Notes under the pieces: generated by a model
Seen by the model: the letters and a program-made list of their open reading frames with translations, nothing else
Databases searched by the model: none
Told to the model about the DNA's origin: nothing
Assembly (NCBI GenBank): GCA_963783905.1
Contig: CAWAPG010000007.1
Span: forward strand, 197,281-261,280
Length of the DNA: 64,000 nt
Direction of reading: 5' to 3'
Source: an uncultured delta proteobacterium
GTDB taxonomy: Bacteria; Desulfobacterota; Desulfobulbia; Desulfobulbales; BM004
Shown here: piece by piece, positions 1 through 9,609 of the stretch
How positions within the stretch are numbered: the stretch's first letter is position 1
Layout: each line of letters starts with the position of its first letter
Translations under genes and position numbers: made by a program

Positions 1-187
1 GTTACGACTCTGACATCAACCTTTTCCCTGCCGGGGAAACGATTGATCACATATATCCTGCAGCATACCGGGCCGGGCTCGGGCGATGAAATAACATACA
101 GCGGTGTAATAGATGTGTCCTTTTCACTGAAAGCACTTGACGGTTATCACCAATAATTAAATTTTCACTACAAAAGGAGGTCAATCA

Positions 188-1975
188 ATGCGATGGAAAA
201 TTTTTCTGGTATTAGTATCTATGGTTTTTGTTGCCATGCTGGTAGGTTGCGACAACGATTCCGGTTCCGGCATTTTGAATCCCGACACGGCCCCGGAGGC
301 TTCCATTGACCGCTTCAGCCCCGAGGCCGGAGCCCTGTTTGTGCGGGACGGCATGAACGGTTTACCCGGCCCCAACGAACCGATCGACTTTGACATGGCG
401 CCGTTCATCACCCAGGGTCTCGGGCCGGACGGCCAACCCATCCAGTATTACAACTTTGACGTGCAGCCGCAGCAGACCGCGCCGATCTACGTCCTTTTCC
501 GTGAAGGGGAGGACACCCCGGTTGAGGAGCAGCTGAATATCATCGACGACATCCCCGGCGATGTCGACTACAGCGATTTCTGGCATGTCCATTTTGTCAC
601 CGTGCCGGCCAACTACCGGGCCAACTCCATCACCAGTCTCAATGAGCTGCTGGCAACCGGCTATCCCATCGAAAGAACGAACATGGTGGTGAACTGCCCC
701 GTGGTGCCGGAGGGCTCCACCGCCGCCCTGCGCCTCAACGGCGGCTACAACGGTTTGATCCGGGGATGGTACCGAAACCAGGTGGTCTACTACTTCGATT
801 TCTCCGAAAAGATGATTACCGTGGATCTGCCGCCGCAGGGGCATCCGGATATGCCCTTGTCCGACATTCTCGTCAGCTTTAACATCAACCCGGACCAGCC
901 GGGAGGCGGGCCACCGTCCGGATTCATGACCGAGCCGGGAACGGACCAGACCCACAACGTTGTGGCGACCCTGCCGGCCGATGCGGACTACTCGCCGTTC
1001 TGGGATGTGGATGTCTACGATAATGGAGACTTCGATTCGGTAATGGACCTCCAGTCCGCCCAGGCAGCTACAATACTTGGCACCGGCGTGGCCCTGGTCA
1101 ACTGCCCGGTCGTGGCCATTTCCATGGACCCGGACACGGCTCCGGAGGCTTCCATTGACCGCTTCAGCCCCGAAGCCGGGACCTTGTTCGTGCGGGACGG
1201 CATGAACGGTTTACCTGCAGCCGATGAACCGGTCGACTTTGACATGGGACCGTTTATCACCCGGGGGCTCGGGCCGGCCGGAGAACACATCCAGTATTAC
1301 AACTTTGACGTGCAGCCGCAGCAGACCGCACCGATCTACGTCCTTTTCCGCGAAGGAGAGGACACCCCGGTTGAGGGGCAGCTGAACATCGTTGACGACA
1401 TCCCCGGTGATGTTGATTACAGCGATTTCTGGCATGTCCATTTTGTCACCGTGCCGGCCGGTTACCTGGCCAACTCCATTACCAGTCTCGATGAGCTGCT
1501 GGCGGCCGGTTATCCCATCGAAAGAACGAACACGGTGGTGAACTGCCCCGTGGTGCCGGAGGGCTCCACTGCCGCCCTGCGTCTCAACGGCGCGTTCAAC
1601 GGTTTGATCCAGGGGTGGTACCGAAACCAGGTGGTCTACTACTTCGATTTCTCCGAAAAGATGATTACCGTTGATCTACCGCCGGAAGGGAGCCCGGATA
1701 TGCCGTTGTCCGACATTCTCGTCAGCTTTAACATCAACCCGGACCAGCCGGGAGGCGGGCCGCCGTCCGGATTTATGACCGAGCCGGGAACGGACCAGAC
1801 CCACAACGTTGTGGCGACCCTGCCGGCCGATTCCGACTACTCGCCGTTCTGGGATGTGGATGTCTACGATAATGGAGACTTCGATTCGGTAATGGACCTC
1901 CAGTCCGCCCAGGCAGCTACAATCCTTGGCACCGGCGTGGCCCTGGTCAACTGCCCGGTCGTCTCGATTGAATAA
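188..1975 (+). CDS. Uncharacterised lipoprotein composed of two near-identical tandem 283-aa units
   Basis: 595-aa ORF with GGAGG 7 nt upstream of ATG 188. The signal peptide ends in lipobox LVGC. The remainder is two tandem units, each containing two DYS(D/P)FW...VNCPVV modules. No family recognised. Confidence 0.85.
   Translation: MRWKIFLVLVSMVFVAMLVGCDNDSGSGILNPDTAPEASIDRFSPEAGALFVRDGMNGLPGPNEPIDFDMAPFITQGLGPDGQPIQYYNFDVQPQQTAPIYVLFREGEDTPVEEQLNIIDDIPGDVDYSDFWHVHFVTVPANYRANSITSLNELLATGYPIERTNMVVNCPVVPEGSTAALRLNGGYNGLIRGWYRNQVVYYFDFSEKMITVDLPPQGHPDMPLSDILVSFNINPDQPGGGPPSGFMTEPGTDQTHNVVATLPADADYSPFWDVDVYDNGDFDSVMDLQSAQAATILGTGVALVNCPVVAISMDPDTAPEASIDRFSPEAGTLFVRDGMNGLPAADEPVDFDMGPFITRGLGPAGEHIQYYNFDVQPQQTAPIYVLFREGEDTPVEGQLNIVDDIPGDVDYSDFWHVHFVTVPAGYLANSITSLDELLAAGYPIERTNTVVNCPVVPEGSTAALRLNGAFNGLIQGWYRNQVVYYFDFSEKMITVDLPPEGSPDMPLSDILVSFNINPDQPGGGPPSGFMTEPGTDQTHNVVATLPADSDYSPFWDVDVYDNGDFDSVMDLQSAQAATILGTGVALVNCPVVSIE
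281..1972 (+). repeat. Intragenic tandem direct repeat, two copies of about 849 nt (281-1129 and 1130-1972)
   Basis: Hand alignment puts GAC at 284 against GAC at 1133, a period of 849 nt (283 codons). Long runs of identical nucleotides. About two dozen aa substitutions, nearly all in the first two thirds of the unit. Confidence 0.9.
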
Positions 1976-1992
1976 CTGTCTGAAATAAAAAT

Positions 1993-2018
1993 CGCCGCCG
2001 TCGTTTCTGGCGGCGGCG
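1993..2018 (+). terminator. Candidate GC-rich hairpin downstream of the lipoprotein gene
   Basis: CGCCGCCG (1993-2000) pairs with CGGCGGCG (2011-2018). The tail GTTGTTT is only weakly U-rich. Confidence 0.4.
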
Positions 2019-2074
2019 GTTGTTTCACTTCATACGCTGAAGCAAACCGGTTGCCAGCGACATAAGACTTTCAA

Positions 2075-2102
2075 GGGGCGGAGTTGCCGCCCCTTTTTTA
2101 TT
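2075..2102 (+). terminator. Rho-independent terminator
   Basis: GGGGCGG (2075-2081), loop AGTTG, CCGCCCC (2087-2093), followed by TTTTTTATT. Confidence 0.65.
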
Positions 2103-2323
2103 CCACCTCGGATTCCCGGGTGGATCTTGCTTCATTGGCCTGCTCATAAATCAGGCAGATAACCGACAAATTTTCGCAGAACCGGCAAACGGAGCCGTCA
2201 ATATTCTTGATATTCGAATTAATTCGTCCCGCCTGATGCCGGATCATTACCAGCCAGCTGAAAGCAGACAGCACATTTTCACCCGAAAAAATTCAAAACA
2301 GAACCTGCCCCCTTTATTATGGA

Positions 2324-4408
2324 ATACTTCCGGGTAAAGGCACCGGTTGCCCGGCGCCCTCCCCACAGATCCGGACGTGAAGATTTCCCTCATCCGGTTC
2401 CTCCAGAAGACACGGGCTCTACGCCCGTGCATTACCAAACAAGTCTTACCCTGCTTGGCGCATAACTTTGCTGCCCGGCTGATCAGATGTTGTGGACTAT
2501 TCGGGGACGCGGAAGTGGCATTTTGACGTCGATAGTCTTGAGAAAATGTTCCCAGTTTATCTTGCCCGTATGGCTGCGCCTGCTGAGCCAGAACCTCCAC
2601 GATCGTCTGACTTCATAGAGTACTTTATCAAGTGCTATAATGTTGTGGCGAACACCATAATATTGGTAGTGGCCACGGAGCTTAACACTCAAAGCTCTAT
2701 GCTGATCACGAAGCGGCAGGTGTCTATTATCACGGCACCACTGCCTCACTGACTTTACAAACCGGCAAGCCCGTTTGCCCATTGTCTTCCGTTTGATTAC
2801 CCAATAACCCTCGCGTGCCTTGGCCCAGTAATGGGTAAATCCGAGAAAATCGAATGTCCCATTGAACTTCGCCTCCTTTATCTGAGATGGCGGTTTCCTG
2901 AACTGAACCAACTTTGTTTTCTCTGGGTGAATCGCCAGTCCAAAGCGGCCAAACCGCTTTGGCAAAACATCCATAACTTTACGAGCCTCCCATTCGTGTT
3001 CAAAGCCGATAATGAAGTCATCAGCAAACCGAACTATGAAGCAGCGTCCACGCATTCGTGGTTGGACATCTTTTACAAACCAATCATCCAGCACATAATG
3101 AAGGAAAATGTTTGCCAGTAAAGGAGATATGACACCTCCCTGTGGCGTGCCTTTATCTGGGTATGTAAGGGTTTCCCCATCCACTACCCCGGCATTCAAC
3201 CACTTACCGATCAAACGTTTAATTCCACCATCACTGACCCTCTGCGCGATGAACTCCCGCAGGTGGCCATGGTCAAGGTTATCGAAAAACCCACTCACAT
3301 CTGCATCTACTATCCAGTTGATATCCCTTTTCTTGCACCATTCCATTAGCTCATGGAGAGCCTTATGCTGACTATGCCCTTCGCGGAAGCCGTGAGAGAA
3401 ATCATAAAAATCATGATTGTATATCGGCGACAACAGCATTACACACGCCCGCTGGACTATTTTATCCTCAAAGGACGGTTTGCCAATAGGTCGCTTTTTC
3501 CCTCCTTCCTTATCAATCCATACTCGCTCCACTGGAGGAGTAACATACCGGCGGGAACTGAGCCTCTCGTGAAGGTCACGAAGGTTACCATCAAGGTTTT
3601 CAGCATATGTCTTCGCCGTTACCTTGTCCACGCCTGGTGCGCTATCCTTGCGAGTGCGTCGATAGGCCTCTTTAAGAAAATCATAATCAATCAGATGGTA
3701 CAAGTTGTTGAATACCATTTCTGGATAGCATTCAGCTTGTTTTGCAATTCTCTGGAGTTTCGTTGATATGGTTGGTGATCCCGGAGTATCTCCCATAGTT
3801 CCTCCCAGAAAAACGTTATGCCCGACTTCACCTTCCCTACAGTGGGTCCCTTGGGCACCGGTTCCCCACCTTTCCGACCTGAATACTGTCAGGCCATCGG
3901 TACTATGATCCGCTAAGACTGCCAAAAGCCCGTCTCAGATTTGTTCGCTATTCGCTATCCGCATCTGATACCTTGCATCCCCGTCTACTTTTGTGTTCCA
4001 TTTCAGGCTCGCATGAGGGGCGTGGGGTTCTCGCCTCATACGCCGGAGATTTGTGTACGGGAATCCCTGACCGTTACATATGCAAGGAGACAATTGGCTC
4101 TCCCGAGTTCCCAAGCTACCCCCTTAGATACATGCCCTGGTCTAAGACCCCGGTGGTGACCCGAATACTTGCCATGTCGCATCCAGATCTTCTGCCTTCC
4201 GGACATCCAAAGGCCGTCGGCTTTACTTTTGGCTAACCAAAAGCTATCATAGAGACCACGATCATAGATTTTTTGGGGCTCAATACAGAGCCTGTATCCT
4301 TGATCCATCTGGCTTCGGACTCCCGTTACCGGGTTTGCCCGCAGATTTCACTACTGACCTGCTGGCTAAGCTTTAGTCAGGTGGGACTTGTGCTGCTTAT
4401 GCTCGCAC
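2324..4408 (-). mobile_element. Group II intron, about 2.08 kb, apparently full length
   Basis: On the minus strand the 5' end reads GUGCG (4408-4404). The RT/maturase ORF sits in the domain IV position. A domain V-like 33-nt hairpin with GAAA-type loop and 3'-strand bulge lies at 2400-2368. A domain VI hairpin (GCAA loop) with bulged A at 2335 lies at 2364-2332. The 3' boundary is uncertain within 2324-2334. Confidence 0.85.
2483..3796 (-). CDS. ltrA: Group II intron-encoded reverse transcriptase/maturase
   Basis: RT motifs include PQGGVISPLLANI and FADDFIIGF (YADD-type), plus a maturase/X region. The start is set at the MGDTPGS ATG (3796), preceded by GGGAGG. The longer track ORF to 3925 runs into intron RNA domains. 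No HNH/En domain is visible at the C-terminus. Confidence 0.9.
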   Translation of the reverse strand: MGDTPGSPTISTKLQRIAKQAECYPEMVFNNLYHLIDYDFLKEAYRRTRKDSAPGVDKVTAKTYAENLDGNLRDLHERLSSRRYVTPPVERVWIDKEGGKKRPIGKPSFEDKIVQRACVMLLSPIYNHDFYDFSHGFREGHSQHKALHELMEWCKKRDINWIVDADVSGFFDNLDHGHLREFIAQRVSDGGIKRLIGKWLNAGVVDGETLTYPDKGTPQGGVISPLLANIFLHYVLDDWFVKDVQPRMRGRCFIVRFADDFIIGFEHEWEARKVMDVLPKRFGRFGLAIHPEKTKLVQFRKPPSQIKEAKFNGTFDFLGFTHYWAKAREGYWVIKRKTMGKRACRFVKSVRQWCRDNRHLPLRDQHRALSVKLRGHYQYYGVRHNIIALDKVLYEVRRSWRFWLSRRSHTGKINWEHFLKTIDVKMPLPRPRIVHNI

Positions 4409-4536
4409 CCACTGGGTAGCAATAGCCAATTTCATCCCATAACCGGGATTCCCGTGGCTTTGGATTTAGCTCGGCGCGATTGGATGTATATTGACCTGGA
4501 TTCACAAAATTCAAAGTTAACCTTGGAGGGTACGGC

Positions 4537-5580
4537 ATGAAATATCGATTATTGGGACAAACCGGCCTCTATGTTTCGGAATTGTGCCTTGGCACCATGA
4601 CTTACGGCAGCGCCGGCTTCTGGGAGGTCATGGGTGGACTTGACGCGGCAGCGGTAAACGAGCAGATCAAATACGCCTTTGACCGGGGCGTCAATTTTAT
4701 TGATACCGCCAATGTTTACTCCTTGGGGCAATCGGAGCAATTGGTGGGGCAGGCCCTTGATAAACTGGGGTTGCCGCGTGACGAATTGGTGATCGCAACA
4801 AAGGCCACCGGGATCATGAACGATCTTCCCAATGGCCGGGGACAGTCACGCTACCACCTGATGAACGAGGTGGATGCCAGCCTGAAGCGGCTTAAACTGG
4901 ATTATCTGGACCTTTACCAGCTGCACGGTTTCGATCCGCTGACGCCGCTGGAGGAAGCGCTGGAAACGTTGAACGACCTGGTACGGTCCGGCAGGGTCCG
5001 CTATATCGGCGTGTGCAACCTGGCCGCCTGGCAGATTATGAAGGCGCTGGCCATTTGCGACAAAAGAGGCTGGACGCGGTTTGCAAGTCTTCAGGCCTAT
5101 TACACCATCGCCGGTCGTGACCTGGAACGGGAAGCGATTCCGCTTCTCCAGGACCAGGGCCTGGGTCTCATGGTCTGGAGCCCTCTGGCCGGCGGTCTGC
5201 TGACCGGCAAATTCAGTCCAAACGGCAAGGGTCCTGATGACAGTCGGCGCAGCAAGTTCGACTTTCCGGTGGTCGACCGGAAGCGGGCCTTCCGCTGCAT
5301 CGAAGCCATGCGGCCCATGGCGGAAAAACGGGGCATCTCCATCGCCCGGATAGCTCTTTCATGGCTGTTGGCGCAGCAGTCTGTCTCCTCGGTAATCGTC
5401 GGGGCCAGAACCATGGACCAGCTCAGGGATAATCTTGAAGCCGGGAAGATTACCCTGGACGCACAAGAGCTTGAGACGCTGGATCAGGTCAGCCGTTTGC
5501 CGGAGGAATATCCGGGCTGGATGCTGGACCGACAGATGCAGTACCGGTCCGAACCACCGACCCATAAAAAGAAAGGATGA
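4537..5580 (+). CDS. Aldo/keto reductase (Tas/YajO-like)
   Basis: 347 aa with GGAGG upstream. N-terminus MKYRLLGQTGLYVSELCLGTMTYG and overall AKR pattern (DTANVY, LDYLDLYQLH). Confidence 0.9.
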   Translation: MKYRLLGQTGLYVSELCLGTMTYGSAGFWEVMGGLDAAAVNEQIKYAFDRGVNFIDTANVYSLGQSEQLVGQALDKLGLPRDELVIATKATGIMNDLPNGRGQSRYHLMNEVDASLKRLKLDYLDLYQLHGFDPLTPLEEALETLNDLVRSGRVRYIGVCNLAAWQIMKALAICDKRGWTRFASLQAYYTIAGRDLEREAIPLLQDQGLGLMVWSPLAGGLLTGKFSPNGKGPDDSRRSKFDFPVVDRKRAFRCIEAMRPMAEKRGISIARIALSWLLAQQSVSSVIVGARTMDQLRDNLEAGKITLDAQELETLDQVSRLPEEYPGWMLDRQMQYRSEPPTHKKKG

Positions 5581-5608
5581 TGAACCCGGAATTCTAAAGG
5601 AGATTCAC

Positions 5609-6640
5609 ATGACGCCACAATTTCGCAATCTTATTTTCGAAGGCGGCGGCGTTAAGGGCATCGCTTATATAGGTGCCATGCAGGTACTGTCGCAGCGTGC
5701 TTTGCTGGAAGATATTCGCCGGGTGGGCGGTGCCAGTGCCGGTGCGGTTAATGCCTTGATTTATGCCCTCGGGTATGACATTAAGGCCCAGCATGAAATT
5801 TTACAGTCAACCGATTTCAATGACTTCATGGATGATTCCTTTGGCGTGATCCGTGACATTCGGCGACTGGCCAGGAATTTCGGCTGGTATAAAGGTGACC
5901 TCTTTTCGACCTGGCTTGGAAAGTTGGTGAAGGATCGACTTGGCGATGAAAAAAGTACGTTCCGCGATCTTAAAAATGCCAATGGTCCTGATTTATACGT
6001 GATCGGCACTAATCTTTCCACCGGTTATTCAGAAACATTTTCCATTGAACGCTCCCCGGACATGCCTTTGGTGTCGGCCATCCGGATCAGCATGTCGATC
6101 CCGCTCTTCTTTGCTGCAGTTCGCTTTGGCGCCCGCAATGACGTGTACGTTGATGGCGGCGTCATGCGTAATTACCCGGTCAAGCTTTTTGATCGAATAA
6201 AGTATATTAATATGACAAACGAAGCCGATGCAGCCCGATTTGTTGGTTATTACAATCGAGAGAATGCACGATTTCTGCTGGACAGACCGGGGCGAAGCCC
6301 ATACGTTTACAACCGTCAGTCCCTGGGAATGCGCCTGGATACGGCGGAGCAGATCGGCATGTTTCGCCATGATGAACCGCTGCAGGGCAGGCAGATAAAA
6401 AATTTCACCCAATATGCCATGGCTTTGATCTCGGCATTTATGAATGTCCAGGAAAATCAACATCTGCACAGTGATGATTGGCAGCGAACTCTTTACATTA
6501 ACACCCTGGATGTGAACACGACCGACTTTAATCTCTCTGATGCCAAGAAAGACGACCTGATACAGGAAGGTATCAAGGGCGCGGAAAATTATTTCCAATG
6601 GTTTGAAAATCCGGAGAAAAGTCCGGTAAACCGTATATAA
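5609..6640 (+). CDS. Patatin-like phospholipase
   Basis: Motifs GGGVKG, GASAG (GxSxG) and DGG. The start is set at ATG 5609 with AAGGAG upstream. The track extension from 5435 overlaps the AKR gene. Confidence 0.9.
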   Translation: MTPQFRNLIFEGGGVKGIAYIGAMQVLSQRALLEDIRRVGGASAGAVNALIYALGYDIKAQHEILQSTDFNDFMDDSFGVIRDIRRLARNFGWYKGDLFSTWLGKLVKDRLGDEKSTFRDLKNANGPDLYVIGTNLSTGYSETFSIERSPDMPLVSAIRISMSIPLFFAAVRFGARNDVYVDGGVMRNYPVKLFDRIKYINMTNEADAARFVGYYNRENARFLLDRPGRSPYVYNRQSLGMRLDTAEQIGMFRHDEPLQGRQIKNFTQYAMALISAFMNVQENQHLHSDDWQRTLYINTLDVNTTDFNLSDAKKDDLIQEGIKGAENYFQWFENPEKSPVNRI

Positions 6641-6969
6641 AATAACCGCAGCCCAGGAATGATCCCCTGACAACGGGAAAGGATACTTTTTTATGGAGAT
6701 TCTGCAGTATCTTTAAAAAGGCCCCATTCCCCACGAATTGAGATTCAAGGATTTGTCGTCATATCATCTATATTTCGATCTCCATGCCGTCATATCCGAT
6801 GTCGATACGTACACCGTGTTCCCGCGCCAGCTCATTAACTTTCCGGTGGGTCCGCCTGTTATCCCGGTAAAACCACGATCCGTAATGCACCAGAACAATA
6901 TGACCGCAGAACCGGGAAAAACGGCTGATCAATCTCGGCACACCGGCGTGGCCGTAAATTTTTTCCTTC

Positions 6970-8067
6970 CTATTGATAGACTTCAGAACCCAGAACCCGA
7001 TCAAGCATCATGCCGACCGCCATGCACTCCAGACCAAATGGCAGGTAGCCTCCATACCCGAGAACCGGCATGGCAAAGATGTGGAAGCGGTCGACATAGG
7101 GAACGGAATACTGCCAATGGGCCAGGCTGTAAAAGTTCCACATCTCCCAGAAAAAACCGCAGATTAAGGCGGCCAGGGCCGGCAGCCATACCATCCGCCA
7201 GTCACCCTTGGGAAGATCATGAAAGACCGTTTTCTCCCGGGTGATTGCCTGGACGCCGGTGATGATCAAAAACGGCGCCACCCACAGCATTGGAAAAAGA
7301 AAGTCGGGGTACATGGAAATTCCGGCAAGGGATGGAACGGCAAGGGCCAGGAGAAGCCAGCCCGACAGCACCGGCTTATGAATGGTCACCGGCCGCCAGT
7401 TCTGCAGCGGCCCGATCAGCTGCGGGAATGATGCCAGTAATTCCCGGGTACTTTGAACAGCCGGCAGCACGGTGGAAAAACAGAGGCTGGCATGGAAGAC
7501 ATATTCGCCGGTGGAAAAATATTCCACCCCCAGGTAATGCCAGTTCTGGACAAAACGATTCAGGTATTCAAAAAACCACCAGAAAAGACCGCTTACGGGA
7601 AACAGGGCGAGAAAATAACCGGGATGGCTTATAAGCAGGCAGCCGCCGGTGCGGATGTATGCCAGGCTGTTTACGGTTACGATGAAGCCCAGCCACAGGG
7701 GAAAAAAGGTATAGGCCTGAAACGGGGCAAACCATTGGAACCTGGTCCAGGCCAGGAACCAGGAGAATGCGGTCAGTATGATGCCCGCGTATCCCCACCA
7801 GGGAAAAGGGTGTTTATCGGGGGGGTCTGCCGGGCCCGGTCCGGAATAATGCATGAACCGGAGGATGAGCGGGACCAGGACGGAAGCCAGCAGCAGGCCC
7901 AGGAAAATAAAAACGGCCCAGGAGAAGGGGGCATGCCGGACATAGACGGTCTGCGGCGGGAATTCCAGATAGAGCGCCGGCGACCCACCCTGCAGCATGA
8001 CTCCGGCCAGGGGCAGGACAACCAAAAGCAGCGGCAGAAGAAAAATACTGATCCGGATATGTCTCAT
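6970..8067 (-). CDS. Polytopic integral membrane protein, function unknown
   Basis: 365 aa with many hydrophobic W/F-rich segments. It starts 12 nt downstream of the stop of the FAD oxidoreductase gene on the same strand. No family recognised. Confidence 0.7.
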   Translation of the reverse strand: MRHIRISIFLLPLLLVVLPLAGVMLQGGSPALYLEFPPQTVYVRHAPFSWAVFIFLGLLLASVLVPLILRFMHYSGPGPADPPDKHPFPWWGYAGIILTAFSWFLAWTRFQWFAPFQAYTFFPLWLGFIVTVNSLAYIRTGGCLLISHPGYFLALFPVSGLFWWFFEYLNRFVQNWHYLGVEYFSTGEYVFHASLCFSTVLPAVQSTRELLASFPQLIGPLQNWRPVTIHKPVLSGWLLLALAVPSLAGISMYPDFLFPMLWVAPFLIITGVQAITREKTVFHDLPKGDWRMVWLPALAALICGFFWEMWNFYSLAHWQYSVPYVDRFHIFAMPVLGYGGYLPFGLECMAVGMMLDRVLGSEVYQ

Positions 8068-8079
8068 CAGGTCCCTCTC

Positions 8080-9360
8080 TCACATCCCGGCAAGAATGCC
8101 GTCCGCCGCCCTGATGCCGCTGGCCCAGGCACCGGTGATCCCTCTGCTGGTGCCGGCCCCGTCTCCCACCAGGTAAATATTTTCCGCCGCCTTGAAATAC
8201 TCGTCAAGAAAACGCGGTTTATTGGCATAGAGCTTTATCTCCGGATAATACATAATGGTGCCGGGATGGAGGATACCGGGCACGATGGTATCCAGCATTT
8301 TCATGGCGCTCCACATGGGTTTCAGGATCTTGGCCGGCATTGCCAGGCTGATGTCACCGGCTGTACAATCTGGCAGGGTCGGGGTAAAATCATATAAATC
8401 CCGGCAGAATGACTTGGCCTCCGACCGTTTGCCGAGGCGGAAATCGCCAACCCGCTGCATGATCGGCCTGTTCCCGCCCAGGAGCATGGCCTGGCAGCCG
8501 AGCATTTCGGCAAAATCCTGGCCGCTGGCCAGTGGCTCGGTCAGGGTCACTGTCTTGAGCAAAGCGAAATTGACCATTCCGTTCCGGGGGCGGGAATTGC
8601 TGTAGGCATGACCGTTGACGCTGAAGTATTCCCGTCCGGCCCTGGTTTCATAACGTTCCCTGACAACATAGGCTGCGCCACTGTTGGTGCAGAAGGTGCG
8701 CACCCGATGCGGAAAAATAAACTTGGGATCATAATAGTCCCTGACTATGGAAAAGCGTTCTTCGCGAGTCTCGACCCTGATGCCTATATCAACAACATTA
8801 TCAATGAACAGGATGCTTGCTTTTGCCATTGCCTGCTGCAGAAAACGGAATCCTCCCCGACCCGGGGCCAGGACAAGACGCCGGTAGCCGATCTCCCGGC
8901 GGCTGGTAATAATCCGTCCGGCCGCGGGATCAATATCATTTACCGTCTCCTCCAGACTCACCTCGACATGGCGCCCGGCAAGCTCATCCATGAGCCGTTT
9001 GATCAGCCGGAGCCCGCCGTCGGTTCCCAGATGGGACTGGCGGATATCCAGCAGGCTCACCCCCAGCCGTTCAGCCCGCTGCTGGTAGGTTTCCAGATCG
9101 ATCCTCGGCATGAACTCGGGTTTGAGATAATCAATGACCATCGGCAGGTAATGCTTCGCCTGTCTGTCGGTCCAACAATCCACCGGGAATCCCACCGGAT
9201 AGGTAAAATTCATCTTGCAGTCGTGCCGGAGACCGCCGGTACAGAGTTTTTCCTTGTCAATTACCAATAGCTGCAGTTCAGGTTTCTTGTCGCTCAGGCG
9301 AAACGCGGCACCCAGTCCGGCCGGCCCGGTGCCGATAATGATGCAGTCATATGTCTTCAT
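8080..9360 (-). CDS. FAD-dependent oxidoreductase (uncharacterised dehydrogenase type)
   Basis: N-terminal Rossmann motif YDCIIIGTGPAGLGAA and a C-terminal GDGAG motif. Confidence 0.85.
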   Translation of the reverse strand: MKTYDCIIIGTGPAGLGAAFRLSDKKPELQLLVIDKEKLCTGGLRHDCKMNFTYPVGFPVDCWTDRQAKHYLPMVIDYLKPEFMPRIDLETYQQRAERLGVSLLDIRQSHLGTDGGLRLIKRLMDELAGRHVEVSLEETVNDIDPAAGRIITSRREIGYRRLVLAPGRGGFRFLQQAMAKASILFIDNVVDIGIRVETREERFSIVRDYYDPKFIFPHRVRTFCTNSGAAYVVRERYETRAGREYFSVNGHAYSNSRPRNGMVNFALLKTVTLTEPLASGQDFAEMLGCQAMLLGGNRPIMQRVGDFRLGKRSEAKSFCRDLYDFTPTLPDCTAGDISLAMPAKILKPMWSAMKMLDTIVPGILHPGTIMYYPEIKLYANKPRFLDEYFKAAENIYLVGDGAGTSRGITGAWASGIRAADGILAGM

Positions 9361-9609
9361 GAGATGTCCATGTTGTTATATGTTCATTTGCAGGTTTGCC
9401 GGATGAATTCTCATATCATTCAAATCGTCATTATACACCGATCGACCTGAAAAAGGACTGTTTTGATTATCCCGTGTTCAGGGTTGAGATTCCGGCTTGC
9501 TGTTATGTGATATAACCCTGATATCCAGCCCGCATGGCGGCCCAGATACTCTATCCTCTGAGTTTATTGATTGAACTCATATCCCACAACTGATAATATC
9601 AAATCATTC

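Noticed and set aside
2247-2600. ORFs inside the group II intron outside the IEP (2247-2600, 3941-4308), and the IEP N-terminal extension to 3925
   Set aside because: They overlap intron RNA domains I, V and VI. The IEP has a proper GGGAGG-ATG start at 3796.
2247-4440. A possible host ORF restored by splicing: joining the exons gives MKLAIATQW-PEVFHNKGGRFCFEFFRVKMCCLLSAGW, 37 aa
   Set aside because: It is very short, has no convincing RBS and no recognisable family. It depends on an uncertain 3' splice position and is most likely a chance ORF.
6768-7004. 78-aa minus-strand ORF (…KIYGHAGVPRLISRF…GHIVLVHYGSWFYRDNRR…ELAREHGVRIDIGYD)
   Set aside because: Its composition looks protein-like and it may be a C-terminal remnant of some hydrolase-type gene. 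However, it overlaps the end of the 6970-8067 gene by 35 nt, has no RBS and I cannot name a family. I did not call it as a feature.
9361-9609. Looked for a yybP-ykoY manganese riboswitch upstream of the MntP-like gene
   Set aside because: I could not find the conserved GGGGAGUAG and A-rich cross-helix motifs by eye. Only an Rfam scan could settle this.
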